Shown here piece by piece: positions 52,177 to 61,091 of a stretch of DNA of 64,000 nt. A program made the translations under genes and the position numbers. The DNA is from an uncultured Verrucomicrobiae bacterium. Lineage in GTDB: Bacteria; Verrucomicrobiota; Verrucomicrobiia; Chthoniobacterales; UBA10450. The notes under the pieces were generated by a model. That model searched no databases. It was not told the origin of the DNA and was given only the letters and a program-made list of their open reading frames with translations. The stretch covers positions 224,001 to 288,000 of the forward strand of contig CAVWPA010000001.1 in the NCBI GenBank assembly GCA_963756875.1, written 5' to 3'. Numbering within the stretch: the stretch's first letter is position 1; each line of letters opens with the position of its first letter.

Positions 52177-52508
52177 CTTAATGCTCACTTGTCACGCCGT
52201 AGCCCGGCGTAGGCGGATGCTCTTGCTCCTGCTTTCCCCACAGGATAAGCAGGAATCTAACCGCGGATTACCCGCCTTCATTGAAAATTACGGCGTAACG
52301 CGAAAGGGAGGCCGGCCAGGACAGGCCGGGGCCCGAAAGACATTTCCGCTTATTCGCGTTCATTCGCGTATTTCGCGGGTAACTCTGCCTGCTTTCTTCT
52401 AATCGTAATCGTGCTCGCTCGATCAAGATCAAGAGCAGGATCAAGATCAGGAAATGAACAAGACTTGCGGGAACCGATCCCCGATTTACCATCTTCAAAT
52501 AACTCCCC

Positions 52509-52592
52509 GCTCGGGTGGTGGAATGGCAGACACGTACGTTTGAGGGGCGTATGCCGAAAGGCATGCGGGTTCAAGTCCCGCCCCGAGCACCA
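52509..52592 (+). tRNA. tRNA-Leu(GAG)
   Basis: GCTCGGG/CCCGAGC acceptor stem, anticodon loop TTGAGGG, long variable arm, GGTTCAAGTCC, encoded CCA. Confidence 0.95.
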
Positions 52593-52886
52593 CCGCCGCC
52601 GCAGCTTCGCGGCGGAAATTCCAAATTCCAAGCTCCAACCTCCAATAGGAGCGGCGGCCTGTTCCGGAGGATTTCGGCCACCGAATGGTGATTTACAGCA
52701 TCTGCGCAAACTGCAAACCCAGCCCGACGGGTCCATATCCGCAGTGGGTGATCAAACTGGTCTGTTTCCCAGAGGAAGTGCAGGATTGATTTCTTCCATA
52801 AACTGAGCGAAAAAGAGGCCCGGAGAGCCTCTCAAAACACCCAGACAAACAGCCCGAAAATATTTTATGAAAAACGACGAATTTTC

Positions 52887-52915
52887 TTGCCTTTTTCGGA
52901 CGGACTTCATACGAT
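52887..52915 (+). promoter_or_regulatory. Putative sigma70 promoter
   Basis: TTGCCT-17nt-TACGAT with AT-rich upstream tract, 26 nt before ATG. Confidence 0.55.
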
Positions 52916-52941
52916 CCGCGCCACTGGTTAAACGGGTTCTC

Positions 52942-54036
52942 ATGCGGCGCTTTCTCACGGCTTTTCTCGTACTTGCGGCTGGCATTACTGTCGCCTCCGC
53001 CCAGACCGTTACCACCGATCCGGTGGGATTCGTCACGCCGTTTACCACAATGCCGAATCAGATTAACATGCTCGCGAATTCCGACACGCTGGTTTCGGTG
53101 CCTTTCACCCGAATCCCGGCATTCACGGGCGCCATTTCATCCGTTGCAGGGAATGTGATCACCGTGTCGGGCTCGCCGGGGTGGACGACCAGTCCCCAGC
53201 AATTTGTTTACGCTCAGGGCACTCAGCCGAATCATTATTATGTGCTGATTGGGCCCAGCGGAACGGCAGATCCCAAGGAGGGCCATACCTACATGGTCAC
53301 GGCCAACGGTTCCGATACGCTCACCGTCAACACGACTGGCGATGATTTGAGCGGAATCCCGGCAAACACGCAGCTACTGATTATTCCGTACTGGACACTT
53401 GGAACTGTTTTCCCGGCCAGTGACGCTGGGGTGTCCTTCATTGCGTCGCCTAACGCCTTAAGCCGACAAACGCAGATTCTCATCCCGAACTATTCTGGAA
53501 CTGGTATCAACTTATCGGCCGCCGCCACCTATTTCTTCTCTAACGGTGTTTGGCACACAACCGCGGATCCAGGTGGAGATCATGGTGACGATATTTTGGT
53601 CACTGACGGTTATTTTATTGTCAGAAATGCCGGCACCGGTACTACCCTCACCATGCTCGGTAGCGTCCTGACCAAAAAGGAGGCGACCCCGCTGTTCACG
53701 CGCACCAGTGGTCCGCAGGACAACTTCGTTTCCGTGATCCGGCCGGTTGATGTCAGTCTCAACGATCTCGGTCTCATCAGTAGTGGCGCGTTTGCTTCGA
53801 GTCCCAACGCATTGAATCGAACCGATCAACTTTTCGTGTTTAACAACGCTGCCACTGGAATTAACAAATCTGCTGCCACGACGTACTTCTATTCTAACGG
53901 CGCTTGGCACACGACCGCAGACACTAGCGGAGACCACGGCTCGGACCTAATTAAGGCAGGGGCTGGATTTATCATCCGGAAAGCCGCTACCGGTAATGGT
54001 GCCGCGCAGTATTGGACCAATGCTCCGACCTACTAA
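52942..54036 (+). CDS. TIGR02597-like verrucomicrobial surface protein
   Basis: Signal peptide; TDPVGFV, SDT.VSVPF, IPYWTLGTVFP; internal duplication (GIN.SAA.TYF twice). Confidence 0.8.
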   Translation: MRRFLTAFLVLAAGITVASAQTVTTDPVGFVTPFTTMPNQINMLANSDTLVSVPFTRIPAFTGAISSVAGNVITVSGSPGWTTSPQQFVYAQGTQPNHYYVLIGPSGTADPKEGHTYMVTANGSDTLTVNTTGDDLSGIPANTQLLIIPYWTLGTVFPASDAGVSFIASPNALSRQTQILIPNYSGTGINLSAAATYFFSNGVWHTTADPGGDHGDDILVTDGYFIVRNAGTGTTLTMLGSVLTKKEATPLFTRTSGPQDNFVSVIRPVDVSLNDLGLISSGAFASSPNALNRTDQLFVFNNAATGINKSAATTYFYSNGAWHTTADTSGDHGSDLIKAGAGFIIRKAATGNGAAQYWTNAPTY

Positions 54037-54073
54037 ACAAATTTGCCAAAACAGAGAACTGCACATTCACAAT

Positions 54074-54697
54074 ATGAAACTCAAAGGTATCCTCGCTATC
54101 GTAACATTAGTGGTCAGCTCGCTTGCCGCTTCCGCTAGTGTAACGATCAATCTTGGCGGCGCCGAACTGTTCCAAACTGACGGCAGTACGCCGATTCCGA
54201 CTGGATCATTAATTCAGCTGGTCGCTAGCACAACAGACAATACTTTCACGTCTCCCTCACCCGCCAGCTTCACGGGCGGTTCTGCGGATGACATCGTCCT
54301 CGCGAGCTTCGGCAGTAACGATCCTGCCGGTCCGGGCAGCTTCTTGAACTCCATCACGTTCGATTTGAGCGGCAACCTTAATGCTGGAGATCAGCTACTG
54401 CTCCGGTGGTGGCCGACATTGACCACGGCTTCTTCAAGCCCCGGTTTTAGCACTCCTTTTGGACAGTTCCGCACGGATGCGGTGGGAAGCGGCTCCGACA
54501 TCGCTTGGGTTGTGCCTACCGACGGGTCGACGGTCCAACTGAACTTTTTCGATCAAGCTTTCGGCGGCACCGAGCTTAATTCCGCCGGCACGGCCAGCCT
54601 TATGACGGCAGCGGCCATTCCGGAACCTTCTTCACTCGCTTTGCTGGGGTTTGGCATGCTACTGGTTCTAACTCGCCGTCGTGCTCAAAAAAGATAA
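54074..54697 (+). CDS. PEP-CTERM protein
   Basis: Signal peptide; IPEPSSLALLG + RRR. Confidence 0.9.
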   Translation: MKLKGILAIVTLVVSSLAASASVTINLGGAELFQTDGSTPIPTGSLIQLVASTTDNTFTSPSPASFTGGSADDIVLASFGSNDPAGPGSFLNSITFDLSGNLNAGDQLLLRWWPTLTTASSSPGFSTPFGQFRTDAVGSGSDIAWVVPTDGSTVQLNFFDQAFGGTELNSAGTASLMTAAAIPEPSSLALLGFGMLLVLTRRRAQKR

Positions 54698-55352
54698 ACC
54701 AACCGTTATCTCAAGAGTCGCCGGGGCATTGCTCGGTTTTACGGCCCTGCTGATGACTGCGGCACCGGTGGGGGCGACTGTCACGATCAACTTGGAGGCG
54801 GCAGTGCTGTTCCAGAGCGATGGCACTACTGCAATTCCGATGGATTCGTTGATTCAGCTAGTAGCCAGCACAACGGATAGCGCGGTTACACTTCCGTCGA
54901 CAACAAGCTTCACCGGCGGTTCAGCCGATGATGTCATCCTTGCCAGCTTCGGAAGCAACAATGCCGGTGGACCTGGAAGTTTCCTTCAGCCCATCATCTT
55001 TAGCCTTACTGGAAACCTCAATACTGGTGACGAACTGATGTTGCGCTGGTGGCCTTCGTTGACCGTTAGCTCATCGACCCCCGGAACGGGCGCCACCTTC
55101 GGACAGTTTAGGACTGACGCCGTGGAAAACGGTTCCAACATTGCTTGGGTTGTGCCCGCCGATGGCTCGACCGTGGACCTGAATTTCAAGGACTTGGCTT
55201 TTGGCGGCACGGAACCAAATTCGGCGGGCACAGCCAGCTTCAGCACGACGGCGGTTCCAGAGACGTCCACGGTCTTGTGCGCAGGCCTTTGCGCAGTGCT
55301 TCTGCTCGCTCACGCGGCGCGCCGCCGTCTAGTCGCTGCGAAGAAAACGTAA
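54681..55352 (+). CDS. PEP-CTERM-variant protein, tandem paralog of preceding gene
   Basis: Shared SLIQLVASTTD, LRWWP, FGQFRTDAV; tail VPETST + TM + RRR. Confidence 0.85.
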   Translation: MLKKDKPTVISRVAGALLGFTALLMTAAPVGATVTINLEAAVLFQSDGTTAIPMDSLIQLVASTTDSAVTLPSTTSFTGGSADDVILASFGSNNAGGPGSFLQPIIFSLTGNLNTGDELMLRWWPSLTVSSSTPGTGATFGQFRTDAVENGSNIAWVVPADGSTVDLNFKDLAFGGTEPNSAGTASFSTTAVPETSTVLCAGLCAVLLLAHAARRRLVAAKKT

Positions 55353-55462
55353 GCCCGCTCGATTCTGGCCCCGGCGACTTTTCACGCGTTAATCTTGTAG
55401 CCTGGCCCGTTCCTGCTTGCCTGTTTTTGTGACTGCGTGATCGGCGGACCCAGAGTCAGGAT

Positions 55463-56243
55463 ATGAATATCAAAATTTCTCTCCTTGTCCTTTCTCTTGG
55501 AGCAGCGCTTGCCGGCGCGATCTTCGCCGAATCCAACATCGTCGCCGAAGACGACGCCAGCGACTCCGCTTACAAGCGGCGGCTGGGACAATAGTAAGAA
55601 TGGCGGACACGGCTTCAGTAACTGGACGCTCACCACCGACGGCAACGACAACGAACGCCATTCCGGTTTTTACATTGCCGACGTCAAAAACAACGCGGAC
55701 CTGAACAGGGTCGCAAAAAATGACAAGGCATTCGGCGTTTTTGCCAACGGTTTCGGCTTCGAACAGGCCGTTGGTTATCGTGGCTTCGAAAAACCGCTCC
55801 AGGTCGGCGATTCTTTTTCGTTCATGATGGAGAACGGAACTTTCGTGAAAAAGTTCGACCAGGATGACCCGACGCCGGGATCAATCGGCCTCACTCTCCG
55901 CAGCGGCAACGCGAATTCGTCCGTCGCCGATTACAACAAGGACGTGATCCTTGAGTTCGGTTATTACCAGGGCAAAAATAATTACCAAATCTACGATGGG
56001 ACCGAAAATGCAGATTCGGGCGTCGCTTTTGTCGATTCGGGCATTTCGGTGACCGTGACGATTACCGGCCCCGATACCTACGACCTCGAAATACAAACGA
56101 TGGGCGACAAAAAAGTGACCAAGCTTCCGGGACGGAAATTGAAAAGCAGCTCGCCCATCGAAAGCTTCGCCATCTTCGACCGCAACGGAGAAAGATACGA
56201 CGCCTTCTTCAACCAATTTCAGGTCAGCCATGAATCAAAATGA
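55463..56243 (+). CDS. Secreted hypothetical protein; +1 frameshift at ~55574
   Basis: MNIKISLLVLSLGAALAG signal, AEDDASDSAY joins SGGWDNSKNGGHGF after removing one A. Confidence 0.7.
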
Positions 56244-56252
56244 TTCGTGGCT

Positions 56253-56677
56253 GAAAGCGCCAAATCCCAAAACCCAAATTCCAGGGAAGCTCCAACAATC
56301 CAAACCTCAAAAAGCGCGCGATGCTGTCGTTGCTATTGGACATTGAAGTTTGGAACTTTCTTGGGGCTTGGCGCTTGGAACATGGAGCATTTTCACGCCG
56401 GCGTGACCCAGGTTTAGAGCGCAAATGTTGTAGCCACGGCCCTGCGGGCCGTCTTCGCATGTGCGACTATCAGGAACAGACCGGCCACAGGCCGGTGGCT
56501 ACAGCGGCATTTTCACACCGGCGTGAAAAGCTCCGAGTTCCAAATCCCAAGCACCAAGTCCCAAGGAAGCACTAAGCTTCAAACATCAAGCGCCAATCAG
56601 ATGGGCGCCGGCTGCTGGATTTTGCTGATTGGAATTTGAAGCTTCCCTGGTGCTTGGTGGTTGGAACTTGGAGCTTT
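56253..56677. repeat. Composite repeat cluster: two heptamer-period inverted elements flanking a REP doublet
   Basis: CCAA/TTGG 7-nt periodicity; REP 56429-56503; 20-bp direct repeat at 56387 and 56507. Confidence 0.75.
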
Positions 56678-56745
56678 AGCTGAGGCGGCACACGAATCGA
56701 ATTTCGCTTCAAAATAAGCGACGACTGTGAGCTAATACTACTAGT

Positions 56746-58141
56746 GTGATTAAACCGCGCCTCAGCTTCTGGCAGATCTGGAACATGAGTTTCGGATTCC
56801 TCGGCATCCAGTTCGGCTGGGGTTTGCAGATGGCTAACATGAGTCCCATCTACAAATACCTCGGCGCAAGTGACGAGCAGATCCCTCTTCTTTGGCTCGC
56901 TGCGCCGCTCACCGGATTCATCGTGCAACCGATCATCGGCGCGATGAGCGATCGCACCTGGGGACCGCTCGGCCGGCGGCGGCCATACTTCCTCGCAGGC
57001 GCAATTCTCAGCTCGCTTGCCCTGGTCCTCATGCCGAACTCGGGCACGCTCTGGATGGCAGCCGGTCTTCTCTGGATCCTCGACGCTTCCATCAACATTT
57101 CGATGGAACCGTTCCGCGCGTTTGTGGCCGATAATCTGAACGAACACCAGCGCGCCACCGGGTTCACCATGCAAAGTTTTTTCATCGGAGTCGGTGCGGT
57201 AATCGCAGGCATCCTTCCATGGGTTCTGAAACATTGGTTTGCAGTAAGCAACGAAACTGGTGGCACGACGGCCATCCCGCCCAACGTGAAGATCGCGTTC
57301 TATGCCGGTGCAGCCGCTTTTTTCGGCGCGGTGCTTTGGACCATTTGCACCTCGGGTGAGTATCCTCCGGAGGATTTGGCTGCGTTCCGTCGCAAACGAT
57401 CGGAACGCAGCGGGCTCGCCCATCTGGTTCGGGAAATTCCCGATGCGTTGCGCGAGATGCCGCGAACGATGAAGTGGCTGGCCCTCGTCCAGTTCTTCAC
57501 ATGGCTGGGGTTATTTTGCATGTGGCTCCATTTTTCAAACGCTGTTCCCGTCGTCTTCGGCGCTACCGACACGAATTCGCCGCTTTTTAAGGCCGGCGCG
57601 GAATGGGCCGGCGTTTGTTACGCGCTCAAAGATGGCGTCACGTTTGTTGCGGCATTCGCGCTGATGGCTTCGAGCGTACCGTTTCGACCGCCGGCATATT
57701 CATTCTATTTGCCTGACGCTCGGAGCTCTCGGCCTTCTCAGTATCGGTTTCATCCACGGCGAATCGCAGAAGGATTGGTTGTTAGGCTCGCTAGCCCTCG
57801 GCGGCGTCGCATGGGCCTCGATTCTCTCGATGCCTTACGCCATGCTCGCCAGTGCGCTTCCGCCTCAGCGCATGGGCGTTTACATGGGCATTTTTAACTT
57901 CTTCATTGTTCTGCCCGAAATTATCGCCGCGCTGACTTTCGGTCCGCTGGTGAAAAATTTCCTGGGCGGCAATCTCGTTCATGCGGTCATGGCCGGCGGC
58001 GTCTTCATGCTGCTGGCGGCAGTCATCACCCTTTTTGTTCCTTACACTCAGCTGGCAACAGAGCGGCTGGAGGAAGTCGCGGAAGAAGAAGGCATGTTGC
58101 CGACCGCCACCCCGCCCGAAACCCCGATCGTTTCCGAGTAG
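56746..58141 (+). CDS. MFS sugar transporter (maltose/SLC45-like); +1 frameshift at ~57670-57685
   Basis: [19 protein letters not shown]...[30 protein letters not shown]. Confidence 0.88.
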
Positions 58142-58217
58142 TCACTGCTAACGTGGCATGATCGTCCCTCCTCGGCCTGCCGCCCCAGGCATTTGCAAAC
58201 GTAAACCCAAGGGTAAT

Positions 58218-61028
58218 ATGGAACGCGCCACTACCGCGATGGCATGTAATGTGACCGATGTTCCGTGGGGCGCACGCGCCCTCGCGTGCTCGTTTCGGCG
58301 CCCTGGCCGAAACGTCTCCCTGCAAAGTTCGCAATGGCGGGGGCGCCATTGCCAGCACGCGAGGCGCGTGCGCTCCCCGGAATTCGCGGCGAGGGCAGGC
58401 GCCGGTGCCACACGCGTTGCTGGATTTATCGGTATTGTTCTGTTTGCATCGGTGGGCATGTCTGCTGGCGAGAGCTTGCACACACAAATCATTTCCGGAT
58501 CGGCCGGCGCGAAAATCACGCTTTCCGTCTCCGATGCCGATTTTTCGATCGAATATCGAGCGCCGTATTTGGTTACGGGCAAGAGCGCTGTTTATGTCGC
58601 GCTTGGAACGCATCGCGAGATTGGCTCCGCAGTGATTCCATTTCAACGCAATCAGGAGGGTTCGACCGTTTTTCTTCCGTTCAAAGCCGATTTGCTTGCT
58701 TATGCGAGGTCGGGTTCCTGTCTCGAGCGAAAATGGGAAAAATGGAAATGGAACGAGGCTAAAAGTTCGACCGCTAACCACGTCGAGACCGGAGAGGGAA
58801 CATGTACATTGCGACTTCCACGCTCTCAATTTGGCGACGCGAAAACGGTCGATTGCGCGATCTACGCAAAGGACCTCTCTCAAAACGATGGCTGGGGAAC
58901 ATTTCTGGGCTGCAGCGATCCCGCTGTCGAGCCGGGAACGGGCGACAGATACATTCCGCACTATCTCGAGATCAATCTCGATCCTGGTAGGGACGCCGCG
59001 CTGCGGGGTCCGGTCGGCGCAGCGCGCCGACCCTACCAATTCGCGGTGCAACGAGCGCGTCTTGGCGGGACGAAGCTCAGGATTTATCAATTGTTCGTCC
59101 GTTTGTTCGGAAATACGAACGAGAACAGAAAAGAAGACGGCACCATCGCGGAGAACGGTGTTGGGAAATTCAACGATATCAATGACGCGGCGCTAAGATC
59201 GTTGCACGATTTGGGCTTCAGCTGCATCTGGCTGACCGGAGTTTTGCAGCAAGCCACCGCCACGGATTACTCGAGCATCGGTCAACCGGCGGACGATCCC
59301 GATCTGCTCAAAGGACTGGCCGGAAGTCCGTATGCCATCAAGGACTACTTCGACGTGTGCCCGGATTACGCGCGGGACCCGGCGAAACGTCTTGATGAAT
59401 TCAAGGCGCTCCTGAACCGCATCCACAAGCACGGCATGAAAGCGGTGATCGATTTCGTTCCGAATCATGTGGCGCGCAGCTACAGTTCCGATGTAAAGCC
59501 GGAGCTAAACTTCGGCACGAAAGGCAATAACGGCGCGGGCGACGACACTTCGATTTTTTTCGCGCCTCAGAACAATTTCTTCTATTTGAAACCGGATGCG
59601 AGCGGCCCTCCGCTTCACCTGCCGAGTTGCAAAAACGGCGAGCCGATCAGCCCAACCTGCAAAGCAATCGCGAAGCTTGGAGGGACGACCGAAGCCAGCC
59701 CGCCGGGGCGGGTGTCGTCCCAAGATTTGGGACGGGACAGCGCCCGTCCCTCCACGTGTGACGGCTTGTTCGATGGCGAAATGAAATTTGGCCGCGTAAC
59801 AGGCAACAACGTCGTGAGTTGGACGCCGTCGATCAACGATTGGTACGAAACTGTTAAACTCAATTACGGTTACGATTTCACCGGTGGCTCAAACGGCGCG
59901 CGCGAATATCCAAACGCGGTCACACCCGACAAAGCGGTTCCCGATACCTGGAAAAAAATGGACCAAGTCCTTGCGCATTGGCAATCAATGGGGGTCGACG
60001 GATTTCGCTGCGACATGTCGCACATGGTTCCCCCCGCGTTTTGGAACTGGGCGATCGCCAAGGCGCGCGCGCGGAATCCCGATGTGATCTTTATCGGGGA
60101 GGCTTACGACAACGACCCGGCCAAGGTTCCGGGCGTCGATCCGGTCATTTCCCAACTTCAGGGCGGGAAATCGAACGTCATGTTCTATTTGCTCGATGCG
60201 GGATTTAACGGCGTCTACGACGATCCAACTTATCGCGCGATCAAGAAAATCTATGAAGGTCCGGGATGGGCGAACGATATCGATGCAGCGCGTCCGGACG
60301 ACTTCATTTTCGAGAACTCGATACGTTACGCCGAAAACCATGATGAAGTTCGGCTGGCGGCCAAGTCGCAATGGGGCGGAGTTGGGAGACAAGCGGGCCC
60401 GGCGATTTGCGCAATCCTTTATGGACTCTCGCGAGGGCCGGTCATGCTTTACAACGGCCAGGAAGTGGGCGAGCCGGGCGAGGGGATCGAAGGCTTCGGC
60501 AGCAGCGACGCGCGCACTTCCATTTTCGATTATTGGTCGATGCCGGAAATGGTGAAATGGGTGAACGATCACAAATACGACGGAGGCCGCCTCTCGCAGG
60601 AACAGAAACAACTTCGCTCTGCTTATGGTCGTTTGATGAATCTGCTAAGCCAGCCGGCGTTCCGCAATGGCATCTGTATTCCGCTGAATGCGACCAATCG
60701 GGACAATCCGGATTACGGCCGGTTGCCTAACGAACAACCAAGCGGTCACTGGTTATACAGTTTTCTGCGATACGATGTGCAAAGTGGCCAGAGGTTTTTA
60801 GTCGCAGTCAATCTTCATCCCACGACTGCGCTCAAAGACATTCATGTCCGTCTTCCGGACACGATATTTGCCAAACAAGACCGGCAAACGCATGTCCGGG
60901 TGGTGGACCGTTTGAATCCCACTCCGCTTGCCGACATCATATCGACGATCGGATTTTTGCAGGATTCAGGAGTTCCCATTGCAGAGCTGCCCCCTCTGAG
61001 CGTAGCGTATCTCGAGTTGAAGCTGTAG
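58218..61028 (+). CDS. Alpha-amylase family (GH13) protein with in-frame palindromic insertions; start uncertain
   Basis: IYQLFVRLFGN, GSPYAIKDY, DFVPNHV, DGFRCDM, IGEAY, ENHDE. Confidence 0.88.
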   Translation: MERATTAMACNVTDVPWGARALACSFRRPGRNVSLQSSQWRGRHCQHARRVRSPEFAARAGAGATRVAGFIGIVLFASVGMSAGESLHTQIISGSAGAKITLSVSDADFSIEYRAPYLVTGKSAVYVALGTHREIGSAVIPFQRNQEGSTVFLPFKADLLAYARSGSCLERKWEKWKWNEAKSSTANHVETGEGTCTLRLPRSQFGDAKTVDCAIYAKDLSQNDGWGTFLGCSDPAVEPGTGDRYIPHYLEINLDPGRDAALRGPVGAARRPYQFAVQRARLGGTKLRIYQLFVRLFGNTNENRKEDGTIAENGVGKFNDINDAALRSLHDLGFSCIWLTGVLQQATATDYSSIGQPADDPDLLKGLAGSPYAIKDYFDVCPDYARDPAKRLDEFKALLNRIHKHGMKAVIDFVPNHVARSYSSDVKPELNFGTKGNNGAGDDTSIFFAPQNNFFYLKPDASGPPLHLPSCKNGEPISPTCKAIAKLGGTTEASPPGRVSSQDLGRDSARPSTCDGLFDGEMKFGRVTGNNVVSWTPSINDWYETVKLNYGYDFTGGSNGAREYPNAVTPDKAVPDTWKKMDQVLAHWQSMGVDGFRCDMSHMVPPAFWNWAIAKARARNPDVIFIGEAYDNDPAKVPGVDPVISQLQGGKSNVMFYLLDAGFNGVYDDPTYRAIKKIYEGPGWANDIDAARPDDFIFENSIRYAENHDEVRLAAKSQWGGVGRQAGPAICAILYGLSRGPVMLYNGQEVGEPGEGIEGFGSSDARTSIFDYWSMPEMVKWVNDHKYDGGRLSQEQKQLRSAYGRLMNLLSQPAFRNGICIPLNATNRDNPDYGRLPNEQPSGHWLYSFLRYDVQSGQRFLVAVNLHPTTALKDIHVRLPDTIFAKQDRQTHVRVVDRLNPTPLADIISTIGFLQDSGVPIAELPPLSVAYLELKL
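58261..58382. repeat. Long REP-like inverted element (14292-14428 family)
   Basis: TTCCG...GCGCACGCG...CGCGTGCGC...CGGAA arms. Confidence 0.8.
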
Positions 61029-61083
61029 AGGCAGGCGTGTCGCCTGCATCTTCGGCTCGCAGCCGACACGGCTGCCGCTACAG
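61023..61083. repeat. GTAG REP doublet
   Basis: CTGTAG...CTACAG with two hairpins between convergent genes. Confidence 0.85.
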
Positions 61084-61091
61084 AAGAATGC

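Noticed and set aside
52650..52860. Riboswitch (e.g. c-di-GMP) upstream of the TIGR02597-like gene
   Set aside because: No recognisable consensus; the predicted promoter lies downstream of it.
31310..52941. tRNA-Phe or tRNA-Leu as genomic island attachment sites
   Set aside because: No integrase and no duplicated tRNA 3' end found in the window.
56253..56677. CRISPR array
   Set aside because: Only two copies of the 20-bp repeat with a 100-bp interval; no cas genes.
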